A program made the position numbers and the translations under genes. A model generated the notes under the pieces. The model worked only from the letters and a program-made list of their open reading frames with translations, was not told the DNA's origin and searched no databases. Positions 27,761 to 36,676 of a stretch of 64,000 bases of DNA are shown piece after piece. Location of the stretch: contig JBBQZK010000005.1 in NCBI GenBank assembly GCA_038207785.1, positions 318 through 64,317 on the forward strand, written 5' to 3'. Within the stretch, counting starts at the first letter, position 1. Each line of letters starts with the position of its first letter. The stretch is from Candidatus Limnocylindria bacterium (GTDB lineage Bacteria; Chloroflexota; Limnocylindria; P2-11E).

Positions 27761-28844
27761 GCATGAACTCCGCGAGCAGCCGGTGGAAGTGGCGCACGCC
27801 GCCCTCGCGCGCCGGCGAGTACCGGCCGCGGTCGTAGAGGCGCGAGCGCACGCCACGCTGCACGGCTTCGACGATCGCCTCGTCCTCCCGCTCGACGCGG
27901 TCGAGGCCCGACCCCGCGCCATCGCCGCGCGCGCTCTCGTCCCACACGAACGGAAGGAACGACACGCGCGTCCGGTCGACCGCGAGCGGCGTCACGACGT
28001 TCACCGACACGCCCCACGGGTACACGTTGAACATCGTCGTCGGAAAGAGCCAGAAGTAGTACGCAGCGATGGAGCGATCCGCGTCCCGGTGTTCGGGCGG
28101 CAGCGCGAAGGCGCGTTCGCCGGGCTTCGCGACGCCCAGCTGCAGCACCGCGTAACGCTCGAGCTCGACGGCGTACGCGCCGTAGTCAGGCGTCGTCGCG
28201 AGGCTCGAGTGCACGTACGGGATGTGGAACCCCTCCAGGTAGTTGTCGATGTACAGCGCCCAGTTCGCGTCCACGAGATAGTCCCGGGCCGCTGACGCGT
28301 CGTACACGAGGTCGGCGAACGGGAGACCGGCCAGGCGCGAGCGCACGGGCGCGGCGACGTCGTCGAACGGCATCGCCGGCGCGAGCGCCACCATGACGAA
28401 GCGCTCGAGCTGCGCGAGCGATACACGCGGCAGATCTTCGGCTGGCGACGGGAAGTCCGCGGTGCCTTCGAACTCCGGCATCGAATGGAACCGGCCGTCG
28501 AGCGCGAATCGGCGGCCGTGGTATCGGCAGCGCAGCTGGTGCAGATGCCCGGCGCCTTCGACGACGAGCGTGCCGCGATGCGTGCACACATTGGAGAGGC
28601 TATGCAGGCCGTCATCGGCGTCCCGCGTGAGCACGAGCGGCTCGTCGAGCGCGCCCGGAAGCAGGGTGAACGGAAAGACCTGGCCCGCGACGCGCACGAG
28701 ATCGTCGTGCCCCGCGTACTGCCAGGTTCGGGAGAAGACGCGGTCCCGCTGTTGGTCGAAGAGCGCGGGATCCGAGTACACGCGAGCGGGCAATGTGGCT
28801 GCGAACCGGATGTCGGCATCGATCTCGAACGGTCGCTCGCTCAC
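27753..28844 (-). CDS. Rieske non-heme oxygenase alpha subunit (choline/carnitine monooxygenase-like)
   Basis: NVCTHRG...CRYHG, NWALYIDNYLEGFHIPYVH, EDEAIVEAVQRG. Confidence 0.88.
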   Translation of the reverse strand: MSERPFEIDADIRFAATLPARVYSDPALFDQQRDRVFSRTWQYAGHDDLVRVAGQVFPFTLLPGALDEPLVLTRDADDGLHSLSNVCTHRGTLVVEGAGHLHQLRCRYHGRRFALDGRFHSMPEFEGTADFPSPAEDLPRVSLAQLERFVMVALAPAMPFDDVAAPVRSRLAGLPFADLVYDASAARDYLVDANWALYIDNYLEGFHIPYVHSSLATTPDYGAYAVELERYAVLQLGVAKPGERAFALPPEHRDADRSIAAYYFWLFPTTMFNVYPWGVSVNVVTPLAVDRTRVSFLPFVWDESARGDGAGSGLDRVEREDEAIVEAVQRGVRSRLYDRGRYSPAREGGVRHFHRLLAEFMRA

Positions 28845-28878
28845 CGCGGCGATGCTAAGCACAGGTAGTCTGGGTCGC

Positions 28879-30495
28879 ATGCCCGATGCCTTCGCGCTCG
28901 TCCTGCATTCCCACCTGCCTTATGTGCGGGGCGCGGGTCGCTGGCCGCACGGCGAGGAGTGGGTGCACGAGGCGATCCTTGGAACGTATCTGCCGCTGCT
29001 CGTGCTGCTCCACGATCTGCGCGCGGATGGCGTCCGCTACCGGATCAGCATCGGCCTCACTCCGACGCTCATCGAGCAGCTCGCCGATCCGGATATCTGC
29101 ACGCGGTTCCTCGCGTACGCGGATGACCAGATCCGGCGCGCGGAGCTCGACGCGTGGGACTTCGGCGTCGCCGGCGCGCGGGCCAAGCAGGCCGTGGCGG
29201 AGTTCTATCGCGGGTCCTACGCCCGCTTGAAGCAGGCCTTCACCCAGCGGTTCGGCTCGGACATCGTCGGCGCCTTCGCCGATCTCGCCCGCACCGGCGA
29301 AGTGGAGATCCTCACGTCGGCGGCCACGCACGGCTACCTCCCGCTGCTCGACGAGCGCTCGGTCGAGGCGCAGCTGCGCGTCGGACTCCGCTCGACGAGG
29401 CGCCTCACGGGCATCGAGCCGACGGGCATCTGGCTTCCGGAATGCGCGTACAGACCCGGGCTCGAGCGGGCCCTCGAACGTCATGGCGTCACCCACTTCT
29501 TCACCGACGCCGCGCTGATGCTCGGCCGCGAGGTCGGCCGCGCCGCCAAGCCGTTCCGCTCCGAGCGGACCGAGCGCCATTCGGGCGGCGGCACCGATGC
29601 GGCGGTCGCCGTCGACAACGAGCCGCTGATCGACGCCACGGTGGATCTCTTCCGCCCGTACCTCGTGGGAGATTCCCGCGTCGCCGCGATGTCGCGCCAT
29701 CCGGAGATCTCGGGTCAGGTGTGGTCGGCGTCGCAGGGCTATCCCGGCGACCCGTTCTATCGCGAGTTCCACCGGAAGGACGAGCGGTCCGGGCTGCGGT
29801 ACTGGCGGGTGACCGGCACCACCGATCTCGGCGACAAGGCCGAGTACGACGTCGCGCGCGCGGCCGAGCGCGTGCGCTCGCACGCCGACCACTTCTGCAC
29901 GTCGGTGCGGGCGGAGCTCGCGGCGCACCGCGACGCCACCGCCCGCGATGGCCTGGTCGTCACGACGTTCGACAGCGAGCTGTTCGGGCACTGGTGGTTC
30001 GAGGGGATCGACTGGCTCGGGCTCGTGCTTCGCGATCTGGGGCCGATGGCGACCACCGCCGCCGGAAGCCTGGACGCGGAGCCACCGCGCGAGCGCATCG
30101 CGCTCGCCGAGGGGTCATGGGGGAAGAACAACGACCACACCACGTGGCTCGCTCCGCAGACGCAGTGGATGTGGGACGGCATCACCGAGGCCGCGTCGCG
30201 CGTGCGCGCCGTCGCCGATGCGCCGCCACGCGACGCGCTCCGCAAGCGCGCCGCGGATCACGCGCTACGCGAGCTCTTGCTCCTCGAGTCGAGCGACTGG
30301 CCGTTCCTCGTGACGACCGGACAGGCCGGCGACTACGCATCGGAGCGCTTCCGGTCGCACGCGCAGCGGCTGCAGCGCGCGCTGGACATCGCCGCGCGAG
30401 GGACCGTCGATGATCAGGTCGAGCTGCGCAGCCTCGAGCACGCCGACAATCCGTTCCCCGACGCGCGGATCGAGGACTTCGCCAGGACTCGCTAG
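28879..30495 (+). CDS. GH57 1,4-alpha-glucan branching enzyme
   Basis: LVLHSHLPYV, SAATHGYLP, GIWLPECAY (nucleophile), FDSELFGHWWFEG (acid/base), SSDWPF. Confidence 0.9.
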   Translation: MPDAFALVLHSHLPYVRGAGRWPHGEEWVHEAILGTYLPLLVLLHDLRADGVRYRISIGLTPTLIEQLADPDICTRFLAYADDQIRRAELDAWDFGVAGARAKQAVAEFYRGSYARLKQAFTQRFGSDIVGAFADLARTGEVEILTSAATHGYLPLLDERSVEAQLRVGLRSTRRLTGIEPTGIWLPECAYRPGLERALERHGVTHFFTDAALMLGREVGRAAKPFRSERTERHSGGGTDAAVAVDNEPLIDATVDLFRPYLVGDSRVAAMSRHPEISGQVWSASQGYPGDPFYREFHRKDERSGLRYWRVTGTTDLGDKAEYDVARAAERVRSHADHFCTSVRAELAAHRDATARDGLVVTTFDSELFGHWWFEGIDWLGLVLRDLGPMATTAAGSLDAEPPRERIALAEGSWGKNNDHTTWLAPQTQWMWDGITEAASRVRAVADAPPRDALRKRAADHALRELLLLESSDWPFLVTTGQAGDYASERFRSHAQRLQRALDIAARGTVDDQVELRSLEHADNPFPDARIEDFARTR

Positions 30496-31265
30496 CCCTT
30501 CTTGCCTTTCGGCGTGTCGGCTGCGGGCGCGCCCTTGGCGGCCGGCGCGCCACCCTTTGCAGCCGGTGCGCCGCCCTTCGCTGGGGCGGCACCCGTGGCC
30601 GGCGCAGCGCCGGCGGCGGCCGGCGCGGCACCCTCTTCGGTTTCCTCGCCCTCGGCGACGGCGCCTTCGGCGGCGACCGCCGCGGGCTTGACCTCTTCCT
30701 CGGCGCGCGGAGCGACCGCCTTCGCGATGACCTGCTCGCCGTCATTGAGGATCTCGATCTTCGAGGCGTCGACCACGAGGTCGCGCACGTAGATGGTGTC
30801 CTCGATCTGTTCGATCTTGGACAGGTCCACGTCGATCTGATGCGGGATGTCCTGCGGGAAGGCTTCGATCCGCACCTCGCTCAGCGTGTGGACCATGACG
30901 CCACCGTGCGTGCGGACGGCCGGAGACTCGCCGATGAAGTGCAGCGGCACTTCCGCGTGCGTCTTCTCGGTCAGCGACACGCGGGCGAAGTCGACATGGA
31001 GGAGCGATCCGGTCCGGGGCTCGCGAGAGACGTCGTGCACCAGCACCGGCACCTCACCACCGTCCAGTCCGGTGAGCGAGAGGAGCGTGGTCTGGCCCCA
31101 GCGGCGGTAGCCCTTCTGGAAAATGCTCGTGTCGGTCTCGACCGGGGTCGAGTCGGCGTGCCCGCCGAAGATCACGCCGGGCAAGCGGCCTTCGCGGCGG
31201 ATCGCCCCGACCTTCTTGCCGAGCACGGTGCGCGGACGGACCTCGAGCTTGGGTGCCTCAGCCAA
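30492..31265 (-). CDS. rplY: 50S ribosomal protein L25/Ctc
   Basis: IRREGRLPGVIFG, LLHVDF, EVPLHFIG, IPHQIDVD. TTG start. Confidence 0.92.
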   Translation of the reverse strand: MAEAPKLEVRPRTVLGKKVGAIRREGRLPGVIFGGHADSTPVETDTSIFQKGYRRWGQTTLLSLTGLDGGEVPVLVHDVSREPRTGSLLHVDFARVSLTEKTHAEVPLHFIGESPAVRTHGGVMVHTLSEVRIEAFPQDIPHQIDVDLSKIEQIEDTIYVRDLVVDASKIEILNDGEQVIAKAVAPRAEEEVKPAAVAAEGAVAEGEETEEGAAPAAAGAAPATGAAPAKGGAPAAKGGAPAAKGAPAADTPKGKKG

Positions 31266-31309
31266 ATGGAGTCGCTCCCCTGATCGCGTTCTTCGGAGAC
31301 CTGATTATC

Positions 31310-31975
31310 TCAGGGCGGGGTCGGGAGGTCCACCACGACCCGGATCGGGCCCGATAGCTCGCTCACTTTCGCGCACACCAGGCGCTCGAGACCGAGGCCC
31401 CAGACCATGACCCGCTCGAAGTCGTCGATCAGCTTCACGTGCCGGACGACGGGCAGGGCGGGATGGATGTCGGTCTGGGTGAAGGTCTGCGTCCCGGTGG
31501 CCGGATCGACCGTGGACGCGTTGCCAAAGCGGACCTGCAGGAATGCGTTGCCGTCGACGGGCACCTGCTTGCCGCTCGTCCCGACGAAGCCGTTGGCCAC
31601 CGCGAGGGTCCACGGCGGCACTCCGTATGGGCCCACCGGCGAGGGGCCGAACTCGAAGACCACCCGGTCGAAGCCGGGGTTGTGCGCCGTCCGGATCGTG
31701 GTGAGCTGCGCCTGATTGCGGTCGCTGCCGCCGCTCGCCGCCGGGCAGGCGACCGGCGTCGCGCCGGCCGTCTGGCTCTGGCTCGGTGCCGGGCTCGGCG
31801 TCGGTGACGCGGTCGGCGCTTGCGTCGGGCTCGGGGCTGGCCGCGCGAGCGTGGCCGTCGGGGCAGCCCTCGAGGGAGTGACGGTGGTCGTTACGGCCGG
31901 TGTCGCGAGCGGCGCGCAGCCGCTTATCAGAAGCACGGCGGTGAGCCAGTAATACGGGAGCCGTCGAGCCGTCAT
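31310..31975 (-). CDS. AMIN-like domain lipoprotein
   Basis: Lipobox LISGC, Pro/Thr linker, GFDRVVFEF, DFE..M.WGLGL, VVVDL. Confidence 0.7.
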   Translation of the reverse strand: MTARRLPYYWLTAVLLISGCAPLATPAVTTTVTPSRAAPTATLARPAPSPTQAPTASPTPSPAPSQSQTAGATPVACPAASGGSDRNQAQLTTIRTAHNPGFDRVVFEFGPSPVGPYGVPPWTLAVANGFVGTSGKQVPVDGNAFLQVRFGNASTVDPATGTQTFTQTDIHPALPVVRHVKLIDDFERVMVWGLGLERLVCAKVSELSGPIRVVVDLPTPP

Positions 31976-32085
31976 CGGCGTTCAGTGTGACGCAAAAACG
32001 GCCCTGCGGCGACATTCATGACATCTTTTGGGGCGTTTTGTACGAAGACCGTACGGCGAAATGCAATTTGGTAGAATGCCCCCAA

Positions 32086-34257
32086 GTGGCCGATCGGCTG
32101 CGTTTGGCGCTGGTGTTTCACCAGCACCAGCCAGCGGGGAACTTCCCACATGTGTTCGCTGACGTAGCCGAGCGCGCGTATGCGCCGCTCGTGGCTGCGC
32201 TCTATCGGCACCCCGAAGTGAAAGCGACCCTCCACTTCTCCGGTCCGCTCCTCGACTGGCTCGAAGGCAACCGCCCCGACGTGATCGGTGACCTCGCCGA
32301 CCTGGTGAAGCGGGGCCAGATCGAGCTGCTCTCGGGTGGCTACCACGAACCCATCCTCGTGGGCGTGCCCCGGCGGGACGCCGTCGGGCAGATCCGAGCG
32401 CTCACTGACCGCGTGGCGGCGATCTTCGGACGCCGCCCGCTGGGCGCGTGGCTCACCGAACGGGTGTGGGAGCCGCACCTGCCGTCGATCCTGGCCGAGG
32501 CCGGCGTCGCGTACACGATCCTCGACGAGGAGCACTTCCTGCAGGCCGGGCTGCGGCGCGACGAGCTCGGCGAATCCTTCATCACCGAGGACCAGGGATT
32601 CCCGCTCGTGCTGTATCCGGCGAACTCGCGCCTGCGGTACCTCATCCCGTTCCGCGATGTCGGCCAGACGATGAGGGAGCTGCGCGAACGGCAGGCCGCG
32701 GGGGCGAAGCTCGTGGTGTACGCGGATGACGGTGAGAAGTTCGGGGCCTGGCCCGGCACCTTCCAGCGGGTCCACAAGGATGGATGGCTCGAGGACTTCT
32801 TCACGCAGATCTCGCAGGCCGACTTCATCGAGACCACCACGCTCGAGGATGCGTGGATCTTCCAGAAGCCGTCGCGCCGCGTGTATCTCCCCGGCGGCAC
32901 GTATCACGAGATGGGCGAGTGGTCGCTCGACGCGGGCGCCGCGCGGCGGTTCACGCAAGCGCGCAATGCCTTGAAGGACGACCTCGCGTCGCTGGTGGCC
33001 CTGCCGCCGTGGCGGAACTTCCTCGCGAAGTACCCGGAAGCGAACGCGCTCCATAAGCGGATGCTCATCGTCTCCGAGGAGCTCGCGCGCCGCAGCATCC
33101 TCGATGCGTCCCCCGAGGTCCGGCAGGCCCAGCAGAACCTGTGGCGTGCGCAGACGAACGACGTGTACTGGCACGGCGTGTTCGGTGGGCTGTACCTGCC
33201 GCATCTGCGCGCCGACGCGTACGGCGCGCTGCTGCGTGCGGAGCGGCTTCTGGCCGAGCGCCGCGTCGCCGCGGGCGAGCAGCGCGACTACGACGTCGAC
33301 GGCCTGGACGAATACCTGTTCCGCGGGAACGCGGGCGCGGTATTCGTGCACATCCACGGCGGCTCGATCATCGAGTGGGACATCTACGCCTCCGCGACGA
33401 ACCTCATCGACACGCTCGCGCGCCGGCCGGAGAACGAGCACGAGCAGCTCCGCCGCGCGGAGAAGGCCGGCAAGGTCAAGATCGGGAAGGCGACGGATAA
33501 GGACAGCAAGTCGATCCACGAGGTCGTGCGCGCGAAGGAGCGCGGTCTCGTGAAGCTGCTCGAGTACGACGACGCGCGCCGCGCCTTCTTCCAGGACAGC
33601 TTCAAGGTCGGACGCGATGACGCGGTCAGCCTGCACGCGCTCCCGTATCAGCTCACCCCACAGCGCGAGGCCCGCACGGTGAGCCTGATCCTCGAGCCGC
33701 CGGCCAAGTCGCTGGCGAGCGTTCCGGGGTTCGGCATTCGCAAGGACATCCGGATCGCGGACGAGGGGCTCGCCGCGGGCGTGCGCTACCGCCTGCGCAA
33801 CGAAGGCGAAGAGGCGATCGCGCTCGCCTTCACGAGCACCTCGAACGTGGCGTTCGTCGGCGAAGCGAACGTCGGCGATCTGATCACGCTCGGCACCCGC
33901 AAGACCACACCAGGCAAGGCGCTCGAAGGCGTACGGAACGTCACGGAGATCGCGGTCCACTCCGAGGCCCGCCACTTCGACATCACGTTCGCGATCGATC
34001 CGCCCGCGGAGACCTCCGTCCGGCCGATCTACGCGATCGCGAACTCCGAGGAGGGCTTCGAGCGCCTGTACGAGCAGACCGAGATCACCTGCTCGTGGAA
34101 CGTCACGATCGAGCCGGACTCGCATGTCGATCTCGAGATCCGGGCGACCGCCGTCGGGCAGCTCGTGGAGCCGGAGCTCATCAAGCCTGCCGCGCGGCGC
34201 AAGCGCACCGCGCCCGCGGCCGCCGGCGCTGATACGGCGGTCCGCGCGAAGCGGTAA
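32086..34257 (+). CDS. GH57 alpha-amylase/4-alpha-glucanotransferase
   Basis: HQHQP.GNF, GGYHEPIL, GAWLTERVWEP, DDGEKFG.WP, NDVYWHGVFGGLY. GTG at 32086. Confidence 0.9.
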   Translation: MADRLRLALVFHQHQPAGNFPHVFADVAERAYAPLVAALYRHPEVKATLHFSGPLLDWLEGNRPDVIGDLADLVKRGQIELLSGGYHEPILVGVPRRDAVGQIRALTDRVAAIFGRRPLGAWLTERVWEPHLPSILAEAGVAYTILDEEHFLQAGLRRDELGESFITEDQGFPLVLYPANSRLRYLIPFRDVGQTMRELRERQAAGAKLVVYADDGEKFGAWPGTFQRVHKDGWLEDFFTQISQADFIETTTLEDAWIFQKPSRRVYLPGGTYHEMGEWSLDAGAARRFTQARNALKDDLASLVALPPWRNFLAKYPEANALHKRMLIVSEELARRSILDASPEVRQAQQNLWRAQTNDVYWHGVFGGLYLPHLRADAYGALLRAERLLAERRVAAGEQRDYDVDGLDEYLFRGNAGAVFVHIHGGSIIEWDIYASATNLIDTLARRPENEHEQLRRAEKAGKVKIGKATDKDSKSIHEVVRAKERGLVKLLEYDDARRAFFQDSFKVGRDDAVSLHALPYQLTPQREARTVSLILEPPAKSLASVPGFGIRKDIRIADEGLAAGVRYRLRNEGEEAIALAFTSTSNVAFVGEANVGDLITLGTRKTTPGKALEGVRNVTEIAVHSEARHFDITFAIDPPAETSVRPIYAIANSEEGFERLYEQTEITCSWNVTIEPDSHVDLEIRATAVGQLVEPELIKPAARRKRTAPAAAGADTAVRAKR

Positions 34258-34266
34258 CGTCCGCCG

Positions 34267-35442
34267 ATGAGCGATACCCCGTTCTGGGCCACGCCCCCCG
34301 CATCACCTCCACCCCCACGCGGTCCGAGCACCGTCGCGATCGCGCTCTTGGCGCTCGTCGTCGGGGCGGTCGGCGGCGGTGCTGCCGGGGGCTTCGTGGC
34401 CGCCCAGCGCGACGCTCCAGTCACGGATGCGACGCGCATCGCGACCTCCACCTCCGCGCCGGGTCCGCTCCCGAGCGCGCCCCCGGTCAACGCGCCGTCA
34501 GGCGGGACCAGCGATGTCGTCGCGGTGGTGAACGAGCTGCTGCCCAGTGTCGTGACGGTGATCAACCGGCTGCCGAACGGACAGGAGCAGTCGCGCGGGT
34601 CCGGCTTCGTGATCGACGCGGTCCGCGGCTACGTCGTCACCAACAACCACGTCATCGAGAACGTCCGCGACACCGACCCCGGCGCGTCGTTCGACGTCAT
34701 CTTCGCCGATAACCGCGTCGCGAAGAACGCGAAGCTCGTCGGTCGCGATGACAAGACCGACGTCGCGGTGCTGCAGGTTCCCGCGCAAGGGCTCAAAGCC
34801 GCTGCGCTCGCCAATAGCGACGACGTGCCCGTCGGCGCGACGGTCGTGGCGATAGGGAGCGCGCTCGGCGAGCTGCAGAACACCGTGACGACCGGCATCG
34901 TCTCCGCGAAGGGGCGGCGCGTCCCTGAGACCGACGTCGTGGTCCTCGAGGACCTCATCCAGACGGACGCCGCGATCAACAGCGGCAACTCGGGTGGGCC
35001 GCTCATCTGGGCCGCTACGAAACAGGTCGTGGGGATGAACACGCTCGTCAACCGGCAGGCCGGGGCGGAGGGCCTCGGATTCAGCATCGCGAGCAACACC
35101 GTGCGCGAGATCGCGAACGAGCTCATCACGAACGGGAAGATCGATCGGGGTGCGATGGGCATCAGCTACAACCTGCTCACGCCGCGTCTGGCCGCGTCAC
35201 TGTCGCTGCCGGCGCAGACCCAGGGCATCATCGTTACCCAGATCCTCACCGGCTCTCCGGCATCGCAGGCCGGGCTGAAGGTGAGCGACGTCATCACCAA
35301 GGTCAACGACGCGGCGATCGACGGTACGCATCCGATCAGCTCGATCCTGCTGCACACGCGACCGGGCGATAAGGTGAAGCTCACGATCATCCGGGATGGG
35401 AAGCAGCAGACCCTCGATCTCACCCTCGGCCGGCAGAGCTGA
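34267..35442 (+). CDS. htrA: HtrA/DegP-family serine protease with PDZ domain
   Basis: N-terminal TM, GSGF, TNNHV, D.AVL, QTDAAINSGNSGGPL, C-terminal PDZ. Confidence 0.92.
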   Translation: MSDTPFWATPPASPPPPRGPSTVAIALLALVVGAVGGGAAGGFVAAQRDAPVTDATRIATSTSAPGPLPSAPPVNAPSGGTSDVVAVVNELLPSVVTVINRLPNGQEQSRGSGFVIDAVRGYVVTNNHVIENVRDTDPGASFDVIFADNRVAKNAKLVGRDDKTDVAVLQVPAQGLKAAALANSDDVPVGATVVAIGSALGELQNTVTTGIVSAKGRRVPETDVVVLEDLIQTDAAINSGNSGGPLIWAATKQVVGMNTLVNRQAGAEGLGFSIASNTVREIANELITNGKIDRGAMGISYNLLTPRLAASLSLPAQTQGIIVTQILTGSPASQAGLKVSDVITKVNDAAIDGTHPISSILLHTRPGDKVKLTIIRDGKQQTLDLTLGRQS

Positions 35443-36676
35443 CGCGCGGCCGGCGCTCCGCCGGCACGATGCGTCGCTGTACATCGTCGCGAGCGCCCTC
35501 GGCGGCCTCGGCCTGGGCATCGCGCTCTTCTACCTGAACTTCCTGTATCGCGCGCTCGGGTTCGACGCGCGGGCCATCGGCGTCCTTGGCGGCGCGCAGG
35601 CCCTGGGCGGTCTCGCCGGCGCCGTGCCCGCCGCGCTGCTGCCGCGCCGCATGCCACGGCGGAACGCGATCTTCATCGGTGGATGCGTCACCGGCATCGG
35701 GGTCGTCATGATCCTCACCCAGACGGCGCTGCCCCTGCTGTTCGCGGGCGCCGCGCTCTCAGGCTTCGGCGGCATCATCGTCGCCTCATCCGGGAGCGCC
35801 CTCGTTGCGGACGCGACGACGGGCCTCGACCGGCCGCGCATGTTCGGCCAGCAGATCGCGCTCGGCGCGCTCGCGAGCTTCGCGGCGATCGCGATCGCCG
35901 GCGCGCTCGCGGCGCCCGTCGGTGCCGCACTTGGGCGTGGGGAGACGGACCCGCTGACCATACGCACGGTCATCGGCATCGGTGGCGCGTTTGCGATCGC
36001 CTCTGCCATCCCGATCCTGTTCGTCCGTCCGGCCGCCGTGGCCGCGGGAGCGCTCGACGCGCCACACCGCCGCAGCCTGCTCCTGCGATTCGTCGCGATC
36101 GAGATGGCGTTCGGCTTCGGCGCGGGCAGCTTCCTCCCGTTCGCGAACCTGTTCTTCGCCGACCGGTTCGGCCTGCCGATCGCCGGCGTCGGACTCGCCA
36201 TCGGCGCACTGTCCGTCGCGGGCAGCGTCGGCGCGATCGTGAACGGCCGGTTCATCGTGCCGCGCCTGCCGCCATTGCTGGCGATCGTCCTCCCGGTGTT
36301 CGCGTCGCTTCCGTTCGCGCTGCTCGCGGCCGTCGCCGGACAGCCACTGCTTGCGTGGGCCGCCCTCGCCCTCCGGGCGGCGCTCATGTACGGCTCGACC
36401 CCGAACTTCACGACGCTCGAGCTGTCCTCGTTCGCGCCGGTCGAGCGCGCGGGCGCGGTCGCGGTGTTCGCGATCAGCTGGAACGGCGCCTCGGCCGCCG
36501 GCGCGGCCCTATCCGGCGTCGTGCGTGCGGAGCTCGGGACCACCGGGTACACCGCGAACCTCATCACGCTGGTCGGCTCGTACTTGCTCGCGGCGATCCT
36601 CCTCGTGGTGTTCTTCCGGGCGCACGAGCCACGCGGTGACGCCGCGGCGACGCATCCGGCAGACTCGCGCGGATGA
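35396..36676 (+). CDS. MFS transporter (start uncertain)
   Basis: 12 hydrophobic segments with MFS-like loops. Confidence 0.8.
   Translation: MGSSRPSISPSAGRADARPALRRHDASLYIVASALGGLGLGIALFYLNFLYRALGFDARAIGVLGGAQALGGLAGAVPAALLPRRMPRRNAIFIGGCVTGIGVVMILTQTALPLLFAGAALSGFGGIIVASSGSALVADATTGLDRPRMFGQQIALGALASFAAIAIAGALAAPVGAALGRGETDPLTIRTVIGIGGAFAIASAIPILFVRPAAVAAGALDAPHRRSLLLRFVAIEMAFGFGAGSFLPFANLFFADRFGLPIAGVGLAIGALSVAGSVGAIVNGRFIVPRLPPLLAIVLPVFASLPFALLAAVAGQPLLAWAALALRAALMYGSTPNFTTLELSSFAPVERAGAVAVFAISWNGASAAGAALSGVVRAELGTTGYTANLITLVGSYLLAAILLVVFFRAHEPRGDAAATHPADSRG

Noticed and set aside
35396-35480. Non-canonical start for the MFS gene after htrA
   Set aside because: An in-frame ATG at 35396 (47-nt overlap) is available and no SD-supported near-cognate codon stands out. 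Left unresolved.
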